Shown: piece after piece, positions 25,766-39,115 of the stretch | Layout: the number at the start of each line of letters is the position of its first letter | Numbering within the stretch: the first letter of the stretch is position 1 | Assembly: GCA_038087875.1 (NCBI GenBank) | Contig: CM075988.1 | Span: 22,012,001-22,076,000 of the forward strand | From: Malacoraja senta | Lineage: Eukaryota | Direction: 5' to 3' | Length of the DNA: 64,000 nucleotides | Notes under the pieces: generated by a model | Databases searched by the model: none | What the model was told of the DNA's origin: nothing | What the model saw: the letters and a program-made list of their open reading frames with translations, nothing else | Made by a program: the position numbers and the translations under genes

Positions 25766-27140
25766 AACCCCTGTCTCACTGTGCGAGCTGACCCACGAGA
25801 TACCCCGAGTTTAAAACAAATTTAACTCGTGGTAATCACGTACAATTAACGTAGCGGGAACGTCGGAACTCGTGGACGCAACTTAGCGACTCGTGGCGCT
25901 AACAGCAGGTACCCGTGAAACTTGTTAACTCTTGAAAAAGTTCAAACATGTTTGAACTTTTTCAACGAGTAAAATGTACTCTTGAGGTTAAAATTTGAAA
26001 CATTTCAACTCGTTGTAAGAACGTAGTGGCCCGTGCGTTTACCTTTGTGACTCGTGAGTCTACCGTGGGAACTCTTTTTAGAAACAATAATCAGGGACAG
26101 AAATATCAGTTACTTAGACTTTTTAAAGACAAATTCTGCTTAACAAAGTAAAAGTTATTGATAAGGTGACAGAGTGGGTTGAAAAGCAAAAATTGCTTGA
26201 AGTTTATATATAGATTTTGTGTATTTGGGACTGAGCTCGCAACCTTAAGACAAACCAGTATTGAGGAACAGCGTGAGAACATTTTATGACACTTCGTGGC
26301 AGCCTAATCTGAGGTTTGCCAGTCACGTCCAGAAGCCATCTCTACCAGTGCTGTTGAAGAAGACAGGGTTGTGTTCACCTCTCCTGCACCCCTGTTCCGT
26401 AGGACAACACCAACTCTTTCATTATGCGGATGTTAAAGGCTGGGTTTTATTCTCAAGCCATGATGCCAGATTCCCGATCTCTTTACTGAACTTTACTGAA
26501 TCAAAGGGTTCTATATGAGGTGCTGCCTCAAAAAAGCAGCCAGCATTGTCATGGACCCACACTACCCTGGCCATGCTCTCATTTCATTCCTGCTGAGCAG
26601 AAGGTATAAGAATCTGAAAACCATGACCTCCAGGTTCAAGAACAGCTTCTTCCCAACAACCATCGGGCTCTTGAACGCTACAAATGCTAACTGAACTATG
26701 AACTACAAACTGCCTTGGTTGCACTAAGGACTCGGATTTTTGCAATAATACTGGATTTTTTTAATATATATTTTCTTTGTTTAGTATATTATCTATGAGT
26801 ATTGTGTTTACTGGCCTATTATGCTGCTGCAAGTGGGAACTCTTTAACAGCGGGCAGGCAGCATCAACAAATGAAGCACAAATAAAAGTATTTCCACTAT
26901 ATACTAATTCAGCTGAGAAACACGTCGATATACATTGTTGCCTCAAGATTAACGGGAGAGGAACTTGGTACACTTGGGAGACGAACTTGGAACATCGCAG
27001 AAATGAGAAGTAAACGGCAAACTTAGACATACCCGTGGGAACTCGGTTAAACACTGGATCATAAACTTGTAGTCACGTACGCAACCACGAGTCTTTCACT
27101 CGGGGTACCTCGTGGGTCAGCTCGCACACTGTAACAGGGC
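25766..27140. mobile_element. Longer Harbinger-type non-autonomous element containing a Rex1 fragment
   Basis: Left end AACCCCTGTCTCACTGTGCGAGCTGACCCACGAG is matched by inverted CTCGTGGGTCAGCTCGCACA near 27110-27128; right end decayed. Confidence 0.6.
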
Positions 27141-28049
27141 TTTACATGTAAACACAATGCAAACTGATAACATATAATTTAAAAATTCAATGAAGTAATA
27201 GCCACAAGACTGGTGCAATAATATATAGTCATTAGTGCAACCAAAGACATTCAATGGAAGTTCGTAGTTGGGGTTTAGTGTTGTGCAGTGTTCAAGAACC
27301 TTGGGTGGCACGGTGGTGCAGCGGTAGAGTTGCTGCCTTACAGCACTTGCAGCATGGGAGACCCAGGTTCGATTCCGACTATGGGACTGCGTGGGTTTTC
27401 TCCGAGATCTTTGGTTTCTTCCCACACTACAAAGACGTACAGGTTCGTAGGTTTAAGAAGGAACTGCAGATGCTGGAAAATCGAGAGTAGACACAAAAAT
27501 GCTGGAGAAACTCAGCGGGTGAGGCAGCATCTATGGAGCGAAGGAAATGGGCAACGTTTCGGGTCAAAACCCTTCTTCAGACATATTTCCTTCGCTCCGT
27601 AGATGCTGCCTCACCCGCTGAGTTTCTCCAGCATTTTTGTCTACCTAGGTTTGTAGGTTAATTGCCTTCGGTTTGTATACTTGGTATAAGTGTAAATTGA
27701 CTGTAGTACGTGTAGGCTTGTGTTAACGTGCGGGGATCACTGGTCAGTGTGGACCCCGTGGGTCGAAGGGTCTGTTTCCACGCTGTATCTTTAAACTAAA
27801 CTGAACCTGATGGTTATAATAATAATAATAATAGATTTTATTTATATAGCGCTTTTCAGGACTCAAAGTTGCTTCAGGGAAGAAGTTGGTCCTGACGCTG
27901 CTGGTAAAGGTTTTCCCCTCATCTCAATGGCAGGAGAAAAATTAGAACGTGGCCACGGTGATCTTAGCAGTATTCTGAGAGCAAGATCATTCTGAAGAAT
28001 CTATCAAAGCATTTTCAAGGCAAAACTGAGACACCACATCTCCTTTCAA

Positions 28050-28678
28050 GACATAGAAACATAGAAAATAGATGCAGGAGTAGGCCATTCGGCCCATTGA
28101 GCCTGCACCGCCATTCAATATGATCATGGCTGATCATCCAGAATCAGTACCTCGTTCCTGCTTTCTCCCCATATCCCTTGATTCCGTTAGCCCTAAGAGC
28201 TATATCTAATGGCTCTGTCCCACGGTACGAGTTCATTCCAAGAGCTCTCCCGAGTTTTAAAAAAAAGTTGAAAAATGTCCACGAGAGCCCCGAGTACCGA
28301 CGAGTGGCCATTACCGTAAATCTCCGAGTTCGAATCAGGGCAAACTCGGGAGAACTCTTGGAATGAACTCGTACCGTGGGACAGGGCCATTACTCTCTCT
28401 TGAAAAGACCCAGTGAATTGACCTCCATGGCCTTCTGTGGCAGAGAATTCTACACATTCACAACTTTCTGGGTGAAAAAGTTTCTCATCTCTGTCCTAAA
28501 TGGCCTAACCCTTATTCTTAAACTGTGACCCCCGGTTCTGGACTTCCCTAACATCGGGAACATTTTTCCTGCATCTAGCCTGTCCAATCCCTTAAGAATT
28601 TTATATGTTTCTCTAAGATGCCCTCTCATCCTTCTAAATTCTAGTGAATACAAGCCAGGCCGATCTATTCTTTCATAT
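28050..28678 (-). mobile_element. CR1 LINE 3' fragment, interrupted by a MITE
   Basis: GLYSLEFRRMRG..ETYKI; (TTCTATGT)n tail. Confidence 0.88.
28210..28389. mobile_element. PIF/Harbinger-type MITE inserted in a CR1 3' end
   Basis: Deletion derivative of the 22360 family; flanks TAA/TTA. Confidence 0.85.
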
Positions 28679-31589
28679 GCAAGAAGGAACTGCAGATGCT
28701 GGTTCAAACATGAAGGCGGTACAGGCTCGAAGGGCCGAATGGCCTCATCCTGCACCTATTTTCTATGTTTCTACATACACTTCTATATACACTTTTCTCC
28801 AGAGATGCTGCCTGACCCACTGAGTTACTCCAGTATTTTATGTCTATCTTTCCAAGTTATGGTGTGCATGTCATCACTTAGATAGTTGCCACAAGTTAAC
28901 GGGGTTTCACAGAGTCTCACTGCTACTACAAACTATTTTGACAATTGCTCCTGACAGTAATTATGTGCAAGTTAATCAGTATTTAAAGAGAATATTTTGT
29001 AAAAGAATGACAGAGCAGGGACGCAGCCCCTTCAGCCCCACTGAGACCGTACCAACCATCGAGGACCCATTTACATTGACGCGGTACCAAACCAATTCTA
29101 TGTTCTCTACGCATCGTTCTCACAAGTTCATAAGTGATCAGAGCAAAACCAGGCCATTCGGCCCATCAAGTCTACTCCACCATTCAATCATAAATGATCT
29201 ATCTTTCCCTCTCAACCCCATTCTCTTGCCTTCTCCCCATAACCCCCAACACCCGCACTAATCAATAATCTGTCAATCCCCACCTTCAAAATATCCATCG
29301 ACTTGGCCTCCACAGCCTTCTGTGGCAATGAATTTCACAGATTCACCACCCTCCGACTAAAATACCTCCTCATCTCCTGTCTATTCTGAGGCTATGGCCT
29401 CTGGTCAGAAACATCCTCTCCACATCCACTCCTTTCACTATTCGGTAAGTTTCAAAGAGGTTACACCCGCTCATCCTTCTAAATTCCAGCAAGTACAGGC
29501 CCAGGGCATTCAAACACATATGTTCAACCAATCATTCCTGGGATAATTCTCGTAAACCTCCTCACCAACGCCAGCACATCCTTCCTCAGGAATGGGGCAT
29601 AAAACTGCTCACAGTTTTCTCAATTCCCCTCAGATTATAGAACAAAAGTAATTTGCTGAAGCAAATTAACTGCATGTCTTTGGAATGCGTGAGGAAACGC
29701 ATAAATCAGGCTATAATAAGCTGGGATAGACACTGAAGTAACTCGGCGGGACAGGCAGCATCTCTGGAGAGAAGGAATGGGTGACGTTTCGGGTCGAGAC
29801 CCTTCTTCAGACTCCTGGGGACAACCTGCAGTTCTGGCCTTCGTCCTGTTGAATTCACCAGTGAGAAAGGATCTTGGAAACTCAACATTCCTTTGTTCAC
29901 ACTTTAATTTAATACAACGCACCTTGTTAACGCAATTACATTATGTCCTTGAACAACCCATAACTACTGTTCATAAGTTGGAAAGGACATAATCAAGGAT
30001 TGATACTATGATGCACATAAAAGTTCGTTAGCGAGTCACATTTTTTTTTTTTAAACCAACTGGAAGAAGAATCGAGTTTAAATAAAAGGGTTGTGTTCTT
30101 GGATATCTTGATAATGAGTAGCTATTTGTCAGGATTTTAAAAAAAAAAGTCCTTTCATGTTTCAGATGCAGGCTGATGGAAACATTTGAAGCAGAATTGA
30201 GATTTCTCTAATGTGTTTGCGCACTGACTTTAACGGAAGTGTAATTAAAAGCGGTATTACTTGTTGGAGATTGTAATGACAAGAAGCTATCGGTGAAAGT
30301 CAAAAATAATTCCTTCTTCGTCTCAGGTATGTGCTAATGGAAAATGTTTTGAACCAGAATGTTTTTTTTTGTTTTTTTTTACATTAATTGTGTGTGTGCA
30401 AAATGAATCATCTGAAGTTGGAATTTAGAAGGATGAAGGGGTACCTCATTGAACCTCAGGAACGGGGTACTGAATATGGATGATCAGCCATGATCGCAGT
30501 GAATGACGGTGCTGACTCGAAGGGCCGAATGGCCTACTCCTGCACCTATTGTCTATTGGAACTTACAAAATAGTGCAATCCATATCCCTCTAAACCTTTC
30601 CCTTCCATGTACTTGTCCAAATGCCTTTTAAAAGTTGTTTAAAGCTCCTGCCTCAACTACCACCTCCGGCAGTTTACTCCATATACCCATCACCCTCTGT
30701 GTGGAAAAAGGTGCTCCTCAGATTCGTACTAAATCCTTCCCGTCTCACCTTGAACCTAGGTCTTCTGGTTCCCGATCTCCTACTCTGGGTAAAAGACTGC
30801 ACATCTACCCGATCTATCCTCTCATGATCTTACATGCCAGTATATGATCATCCCTCATCCTCCTACGCTCCAAGGAATACAGTCCTAGCCTGCCGAACCT
30901 CTCCCTATAGCTCAGTCTATGCCTCAGACTTTTCATGGGATGGACAAAGGCTGTGTTGAGGTAGTGAGGAGTTAATGGTGAATTTAATCATCAACATTTG
31001 CCTTCATTCAGGAGTGGCTCCTGAGATATGGTCCTTGCTTTACAGAACCTGATCACAGATGTTTATTGTTGGAGAAAGACAAAGGGCGATGGTTTAAGCG
31101 GTCCCGACCCAGCCCATCAGCTATCCACGTTTCCTGTGATGCTGCCTGACCTGCTGAGTTACTCCAGCATTTTAGAAACATAGAAACAGAAACTTTGTGT
31201 CCTTTTGCATGACATTATGTGGCAAATCCCGGATAGAAACATAGAAAAATAGGCGCAGGAGTAGGCCATTCAACCCTTCGAGTCAGCACCGCCATTCAAT
31301 ATAATCATGGCTGATCATCTAAAATCTGTACCCCTTATTCCTTGATTCCTTTAGCCCGAAGAGCTAATTCAAACTCTCTCTTGAAAAGATGGAGGCAAAT
31401 TGTAGAGGGCAGTCAAAGGAAAAAGTGGTTGAACAGGAACTGCAAGCTGGCTTTTTGTGATATGCTGATCACCACACCAACCCTTCCCTCCCTCACAGCT
31501 ACATGTACAATTTGCCTCGTATACAAATTAGACGACCTCAGCTCGCCAAATTCCACTTTCAACACCAGAGTTGGAATTTCCCACTTTGT

Positions 31590-31790
31590 ATTTGTTGCAC
31601 GTCAACTTCCTGATTCCATCCCCAAAGTCATCTCTGCCATGCAAATGGCATTCGATAAAGGTCAACTCCCTATCATAACCGCAGAGAATAATGACATCGA
31701 TAGCCTTCGACCTCCCACCTCACGAGTGGCACACGTTGCAAGCTTCTCCTCCAGTTTGACGAGCAACTTGTTCTGTAGCTGATTAACCCA
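31590..31790 (+). mobile_element. Highly decayed L2-like RT remnant
   Basis: KVISAMQMAFDKGQLPII resembles the L2 RT segment KVTNDI...DKG.LSLL; similarity is weak. Confidence 0.35.
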
Positions 31791-31905
31791 AGCAGATCAA
31801 ACATCCAGTTCAATCATCCTGCTCTTACGTTTAGTTTAGTTTAGAGATACAGCACAGAAACCGGCTTTTCAGCCCACCGAGTCCGCGCCGGTCCCCGCAC
31901 ATTAA

Positions 31906-32122
31906 AGGCCCTGTCCCACTTGGGCATCATTTGCACGTCATTTACGCCACATCATTTACGCATCACGACGTGCGTGTCGTGACGCACACTATGCACGTAC
32001 GGTGCGTGGTGACGTAGGCAGTGACGCGCGGTTGCGTGCGGCGCCCCAGGATTTTGGGATCCACAAAACCTTCACGTGCCACCTGCGTGGCGCGCAAATG
32101 ACGCCCAAGTGGGACAGGCCCT
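31906..32122. mobile_element. PIF/Harbinger-type MITE inserted in a SINE
   Basis: Same family as 970-1195; flanks TAA/TCA. Confidence 0.85.
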
Positions 32123-32814
32123 TCACGCTATCCGGCACACACTCAGGACAATTTACATTTATACCAAGTCAATTGACTTACAAATCTGTACATCTTTGGA
32201 GCGTTGGAGGAAACGGAAGATCTTAGATATCCCACGCAGTCACGGGACGAACGTTCTAAAAAAAAACTCTGTACGAACAATACCCATAGTTGAGATCAAA
32301 CCCGGATCTTTGGCACCGTAAGGCAGCAACTCTACCACTGTCCATGTAATTTTGTGTGAATGCTCATCTCCACACTGCTATAGCACAGGCAGATCTAATT
32401 AAAATAATGAACACAATTATCCCCAGAAGAAACAGCCCTCAATTGCTGCTAATCATCGCTGGACAGCTGATTAAGATCAGAGTCCACAGATACCTGAGAT
32501 TCCAGGTACAATTAGAGAAAACCCAACTCTCAAACATTTAAAAAAAAAAACTGCAGAGACTAGAAAGATGAAATAAAACTCAACACTAGAAACACTCAGT
32601 AGGCCAGTCAGCATCTGTGGAGAGAGACCCTTCAGCCGCACTGAAAAAGTTAGAAAAATAAGTCCGTTTTAAATTGCAGAGAAAATGGAAAAGGGACGGA
32701 TAGGACAAGGGGAACGTCCGTGATAGAATGAAGTCAACATTAACATGGCAACAGATTTGTAGTGATCGTCCAATCAAATGGGTTAATGGGGGTAGGTAGA
32801 GGAAGACCACAGGG

Positions 32815-33140
32815 TGGCAGGGTGGCACAGCGGTAGAGTTGCTGCCTCACAGCGCCGGAGACCCGGGTTCCATCCTGACTATGGGTGCTGTCCGTACAGA
32901 GTTTGTAGGTACCCCCGTGACCCCGTGGGTTTTCTCCGGGTGTTCCGGTTTCCTCCCACACTCCAAAGACGTACAGGTTTGTTGGCTAATTGGCTTTGGT
33001 AAAAAACAATTGTAAGTTGTCCCTAGTGTGTTGGATAGTGTTAGCATTGATAGGGTTAGCGGGGATCGCTGGTTGGGGCGGACTCGGTGGGCCTTTTTCC
33101 GCACTGTAAATCTTTAAACTAAAAACGAACCTAAACTAAA
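32815..33140 (+). mobile_element. tRNA-derived V-SINE (HE1-like)
   Basis: Full head-core-tail structure. Confidence 0.85.
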
Positions 33141-33851
33141 CAAATCACATTGTGACCTCTGAACACAGTACACTAGGTTGAAAGAAGTCCATGTGATTTG
33201 CTGCTTCACCTGCAGAGATTGCTTGGGTCCCTGGGTGGTCATTTAGTTTCGAGATACAGTGCAGAAACAGGCCCTTCGGCCCACCGAGTCTGCATCATCC
33301 AGTGCTTCCCATTTATTAACCCTATCCTACACACAGACAAGGGACAATTTACAATTTATACCAGGCTAATTAACGTGCACTTGGAGTGGGGTGGGGGGTG
33401 GGGGGGGGTAGCACCTTTGCGGTCATTAGGAGAACGTACAAACTCCGTACAGACAGCACCCGTAGCCAGGGTCGAACCTGGGTCAATGGCGCGGTGAGGC
33501 AGCAACTCTACCGCTGCGCCAATGAGCCAGCCCCAAACTTGACCCAAGCCATTACCAATGTTATAGGCAGGGACATCTTTAAGCTAAAGGAGATTTGATA
33601 AATGACCATGGATCATTGCTCCAGCATGAAATGAAGCTGTCCTTGCCGAGACACCGTTCAGTCTTGGAGTAAGATGCCCACTCATTATTCTCCATTCAAG
33701 AGTCAAGAGTGTTTTATTGTCATATGTCACAGATAGAACAATGAAATTCTTACTTGCAGCAGCACAACAGAATATGTAAACATAGTACACTATAAACAAT
33801 ATAATAAGCGGGAGAGAAAAAAGTGTCTGTATATATACACATGTATACACT

Positions 33852-33885
33852 GGTCTGAAGAAGGGTCTCGATCCGAAACGTCACC
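33852..33885 (+). ncRNA. Minimal type I hammerhead motif (Penelope repeat)
   Basis: GGU-CUGAAGA-A-GGGUCUCGAUCC-GAAAC-GUC-ACC, with a GGU/ACC stem I. Confidence 0.65.
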
Positions 33886-34386
33886 CATTTCTTCTCTCCA
33901 AAGATACTGCCTGTCCCGCTGAGTTACTCCAGCTTTTTATGTCGATCTTCTCACAAGTACACATATATATATAGATCATATATACGCACACATACGCACA
34001 CACAAAAACAAACAGTTCACAGCTTATTTGAGGTTGCAGTGTTTAATAGCCGAATGGCTGCAGGTATCAATGATTCACACCGTATGGTCATCACTGGCAA
34101 AGGATGCAAATTGTCCTTGCGTTAAGGAGGCAGGGAAGAGTTAACCTACATGTAGATTAGAGCAGATTTGTTTCACTCAAGGGTTATTATTGAATCAGGT
34201 GGGGGGTTTTAACAACCCAAATGGTAGGTAACATTGTTTTTTTAATTTGTTATTGAAGTACTTAAACTTAAATTCCCCAGCTGCTATGTCAAAAAGGAGC
34301 TCACATCTTGCGGAACTTCATTAACTTTGCCTTTTAAACAACCATTGGACAGATTATATGGGTAGGAAGGGTTTCGAGGGCTAAAT

Positions 34387-34706
34387 GGGCGGCACGGTGA
34401 CGCAGCGGTAGAGAGTCGCTGCCTCACAGCGCCAGAGACCTGGGTTCGAACCTGACTACGGGTGCTGCCTGTACGGAGTTTCTACGTTCTCGCCGTGACC
34501 TGCGCGGATTTTCTCCGGGATCTCCGGTTTCCTCCCACACTCCTAAGACGTACAGGTTTGTAGGTGTATTGGCTTGGAATAAATGTAAAATTGTCCCTAG
34601 TGTGTGTAGGATAGTGTTAATGTACGGGGTGATCGCTGGTCGGCGCGGACTCGGTGGGCCAAAGAGCCTGTTTCCACGCTGTATCTCTAAACAAAACTAA
34701 ACTAAA
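34387..34706 (+). mobile_element. tRNA-derived V-SINE (HE1-like)
   Basis: Full head-core-tail structure. Confidence 0.85.
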
Positions 34707-37419
34707 TATGACCAACCCAATGTACTAACTTGGTCAGCATAGACAAGGTGGGCCAAAGGGCTTGTTTCCACACTGTAGAACTCTATTAATCTATAAGGTC
34801 ATAAGGAATAGGAGTAGAATTAGGCCATTCGGCCTATCAATTCTACTCTGCCATTCAATCATGGCTGATCTATCTCTCCCTCCTAACCCCATTCTCCTGC
34901 CTTCTCCCCACAACCTCTTGACACCAGTACTAATTAAGAATCTATCTATCTCTGCCTTAAATATATCCGCTGACGGCCTCCACAGCCTTCTGTGGCAAAG
35001 AATTCCACAGATTCACCACCCTCTGACTAAATACATTTCCCCTCCTCCTTCCTAATTTAATTGTGAGAATTATGATTCTCAATAGCACTGAGAATAGACA
35101 CTACTCCACCCATTCAAGTTAGTCACCTTTCACAAGAGGGAAGTCTAACCACCAATCTGTGAATTCAAAGGCATTATCATTGTTCAACATTCTGGGGTTA
35201 TTTTGACTGGATCAGTATTTGGAGAAATCTGGGAGGGATGGTAAAATTCTAGAACAACTGATCGCTGAAAAGGTGAAGGTGTTAGGGGTATTAGCACGCC
35301 TAAAGGTGGATGAATTCCCAGCGTTCAGTGAGATGTATCCTCGGCCACTGGGGGCAGCAAGCAAGGAGATGTCTGGCATCTCTGACAGAAATGTTCAAAT
35401 CTTCTACGTTGGCATGGTGGCGCAGCGGATAGAGTCGCTGCCTCACGGCGCCAAAGACCCGGGTTCGATCCTGACTACGGGTGCTCTCTGTGCACAATTT
35501 GTACATTCTCCCCGCCACCACATGGGTTTTCTCCGGGAACTCTGCTTCCCCCCCCCCCCCAACACTCCAAAGACATGCAGGTTTGTAGGTTGATTGGCTT
35601 TGGTAAAATTGTAAACTTGTCCCTAGTGTGTGTGTAGGATGGCGTTAGCGTACGGCGTGACGGCTGGTCAGCATGGACTCGGTGGGTCGAAGGGACCGTT
35701 TCCGCACTGTATCTCTGTATCTCAAAAAGTCTAATAGACGCATGCCAAGGATGGTGGGCGGTGCTTTTGTCTGCAGGGAGTACGGGACATGCACCTTTCC
35801 ACAGGTGAGGTCCCCACTGTCAGATTGTGACGGGGTAGTGAGATTTATGCAAAGTTTCACTGATGTAGAATAGCCGGCAGAGCACGCAAGCCCGCTGATG
35901 TTCGTGTAGGGCGTGCAACATGAGGGTGTGGTGGCTCCAGATGAATGTTATGAATAAGCATTAATTAATTGTGATTGTTGTTCCATGGGGGTGTGGTGCT
36001 TTGAGCTGCATTTCACGGTTAGGACGGACGCTGTAGCATTGATAGTCTTCACGTGCGTGGAACGTATTGGACTTCTTGAGGCACCACATCCATTTCTTGG
36101 AATTGCCTTTTCTTGGCATAAATGCCCAGGGCTCTCTCTCTCCCTCTGCCTTCTGAACCTGGCTGGAATAGATCGAACATCTCTCCTCCAAGACTCTCAC
36201 TGCAGAGTCCCAAGGATCTTGACCGACGTCAAGACCTTTCTAATGAACAGGCATCATCACCTGGTCGTTCACAGCAAGTACACGACATAAACAGAAAGTG
36301 TGATTTAAGGATAGAAGAAATAAAAGCCGGTGGTAGTTAAGCCTGGGACTATCCCAACGTTTAAGAAGCAGTTAGACAGGTACATGGATAGGACAGGTTT
36401 GGAGCGCTATGGACCAAACGCAGGCAGGTGGGACTAGTGTAGCTGCGACATGTGTTGGGCAAGTTGGGCCGAAGGACCTGTTTCCACGCTGTATCACTCT
36501 ATGACTATGAGTAGGTTGTTTGGCCCTCGAATGTTCCTCTCTCGCCAATGTGTACAAGATATGAGGGACATGGATAAAATGAAGACCCACAGACCTTTTC
36601 CCAGGGCAGAGGATTCTAAAACTAGAGTGTTTGTGTGTTGTCCGAGTCTAACACCTGCAATACTGCTGCAGGTAACATTTTCATTGTACCTGCACCTCAC
36701 CGTACTTGTGCATCTGACAATAAACTTGACTGGACTTGACTAACCTCCAGCCTCCCGTCCATCGACTCCATCTACACCTCACGCTGCCTCGGCAAGTCCG
36801 CCAGCATAATCAAGGACCAGTCTCACCCCCCGGTCACTCCCTCTTCAAACCTCGAGCAGGTACTACCACAACGTTTAAGAAACATTAGACAGGTACATGG
36901 ATAGGATATGGGCCAGACGCAGGCAGGTGGGACTACTGTAGCTGGGGCATGTTGGTCGTTGTGGGCAAGTTGGGCCAGAGTCTGTTTCCACACTGTATGA
37001 CTCTATGACTCGCCCATCGGGCAGGAGATACAGGAGTATGAAAAAGCCTACCTCCGGATTCAGGAAATTTCTTCCCAGCTGTAATCTATTACTGAACAGT
37101 CCACTCCTCAGCTAGAGTGCGGTCCTGACCTCCCATCTACCTAATTTTAGACTTTGGAACCTTTGTTGATCGGACTTTATGAGATTTGCAATGTTATATC
37201 TTTGCACTAATACCTTTATACGTTATCTTTACAAATGTACGGCTCAATCATAGTCACACACGGTCTTTTTCTTTTTGTGCTTGGACATCACATTAACAAA
37301 AGCTTTTCGCTGTATCTACCGCGGTACATGTGACAATTATAAACTCAACTCAACTCAACTCAACTTGTTTTCAAGGGGCCGTCAAGTTGAGCCTGTAAAT
37401 AAGATAAAGAAAAAAAAAG

Positions 37420-37845
37420 ACAGACTCAAAAATGCTGGAGTAACTCAGCGGGTCAGGCAGCATCTGTGGAGAAAAGGAATAGGTGACGTTTCGAGTCGAG
37501 ACCTTTCTCAAGACAGAGTCAGGTAAAAGGGGAAAGAGAGATGTAGATGGTACTTAGGAAAATGATTGGAAGATATGCAAAGAGCAATGATGATCAAGGA
37601 AAGGTGGAGCCCACAATGGTCCATTGTTGGCTGTGAGCTAGGTGATAATGAGGTGTACAAACAATAGAACTCAACAGGATGACAGTGAAATTATTACGAT
37701 GACTAGGGTGGGGGGAGGGATGGAGAGAGAGAGAGGGAGATGCAAAGGTTACTTGAAGTTCGAGAAATCAAATTCAAATCACTGGGTTGTGAGCATCATA
37801 AGCGAAATATGAGGTGCTGTTCCTCCGATTTACGTTTTGGCCTCA
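37420..37845 (-). mobile_element. Penelope-like element 3' end (ORF C-terminus plus terminal repeat)
   Basis: Minus strand encodes AKRKSEEQHLIFRL, typical of the end of the PLE GIY-YIG domain. It runs into the same terminal repeat found throughout the window. Confidence 0.75.
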
Positions 37846-38104
37846 CACAAGGATAGATGGAAGAGCTGAGGAGGGCGATGGGGAATTGGCACAGGAGAGA
37901 AGTTGAGGCCAGCATTTACAGCATCAGCCATGAACACATTGGATGGCAGGGAAAGTTTGAACAGTTTGGTGGACAATCTCTACTCCAGTTTTCTTGTTCC
38001 ATTCTCGCGCTGTTCATTATGTACGGTATAGTGCGCTACTTTATTGTCACAAGTAGCGAGGTACAGTGGAATTCAGTACAAGTATCACTGTATATAAGCA
38101 CTAA

Positions 38105-38341
38105 AGGGCCTGTCCCACTATCACGACCTAATTCACGACCTTTTTTACTCGTGGACGTTTTTCATCATGCTAGAAAAAACGCCCCGACCTACTTGATGCC
38201 ACGAGTACCTACGACTAGCATCACGGCCCGCTACGACCTACCTACGACCTCCTACGACCTCGTGACGACCATGCTGCGAGTACGAGTCAGGGCATACTCG
38301 GCAGAGGTCGTGAATTAGGTCGTGAAAGTGGGACATTCCCT
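38105..38341. mobile_element. PIF/Harbinger-type MITE
   Basis: Related to 12148-12690; flanks TAA/TTA. Confidence 0.8.
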
Positions 38342-39115
38342 TTAGATACATCTTAGATAAGCATCTCAGATACTGTACAAGTGCATAGCAGTGGTGCACT
38401 GTGAATGTACACAGAGTCGCCAGCTTGGCGCCATTTTCAAGTCCCGGTTGTAGTAAGTGCAGGGATCTTGACCTGGCCGTGAAGGCCCGTTGTCATGGCG
38501 ACATTGCAGGGTCGGCCTGGCCAAGCTTAGCCTTGGTGTCCTCCGCCGCTTCTACCACCGCTGTAGGCCGCGTGCGGTCCACGTGCCCGGCCTGTTGGAG
38601 CAGCGCCCGGTCCAGCCCAGCCCCGTGGCATCCCGGTCATTGTGCGGCACCTTTAGATGGTTACACCAGTGACACGTAGCCTGTTACATAAGTGTGTGGT
38701 ACTCCCGAGAGCACTGGCCTCTGGGCTTTGAGAACACAAAGGAGCAGAGTTATTTCAATCGCACTTAGATTAAGGGAGTTGACCAGATATATTGGTAAAC
38801 GGAACAGGTTAGGTTGACTCGATGAGTCAGTGTCACGAACGATCCCATGAGCAGTTCGTTAATAATAGTTCTGTTTCTTTCTTTCTAGTTATAGCACTGT
38901 TTGTGGACACACGTAATATGTGGTGTCAACGTGTCAACATTCTGGCAACATAGAACCGCTGCCTCACGGGTTGATCCAGGTCAGTCTGAAGAAGGGTTTC
39001 GGCCCGAAACGTTGCCTATTTCCTTCGCTCCATAGATGCTGCTGCACCCGCTGAGTTTCTCCAGCATTTTTGTGTACATCCGGGTTGAATCCTGACCTCC
39101 TGCTGCTATCTGTTT

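Noticed and set aside
31342..31782. 146-aa ORF as a host gene
   Set aside because: It starts inside a CR1 tail, and the rest weakly resembles a decayed L2 RT.
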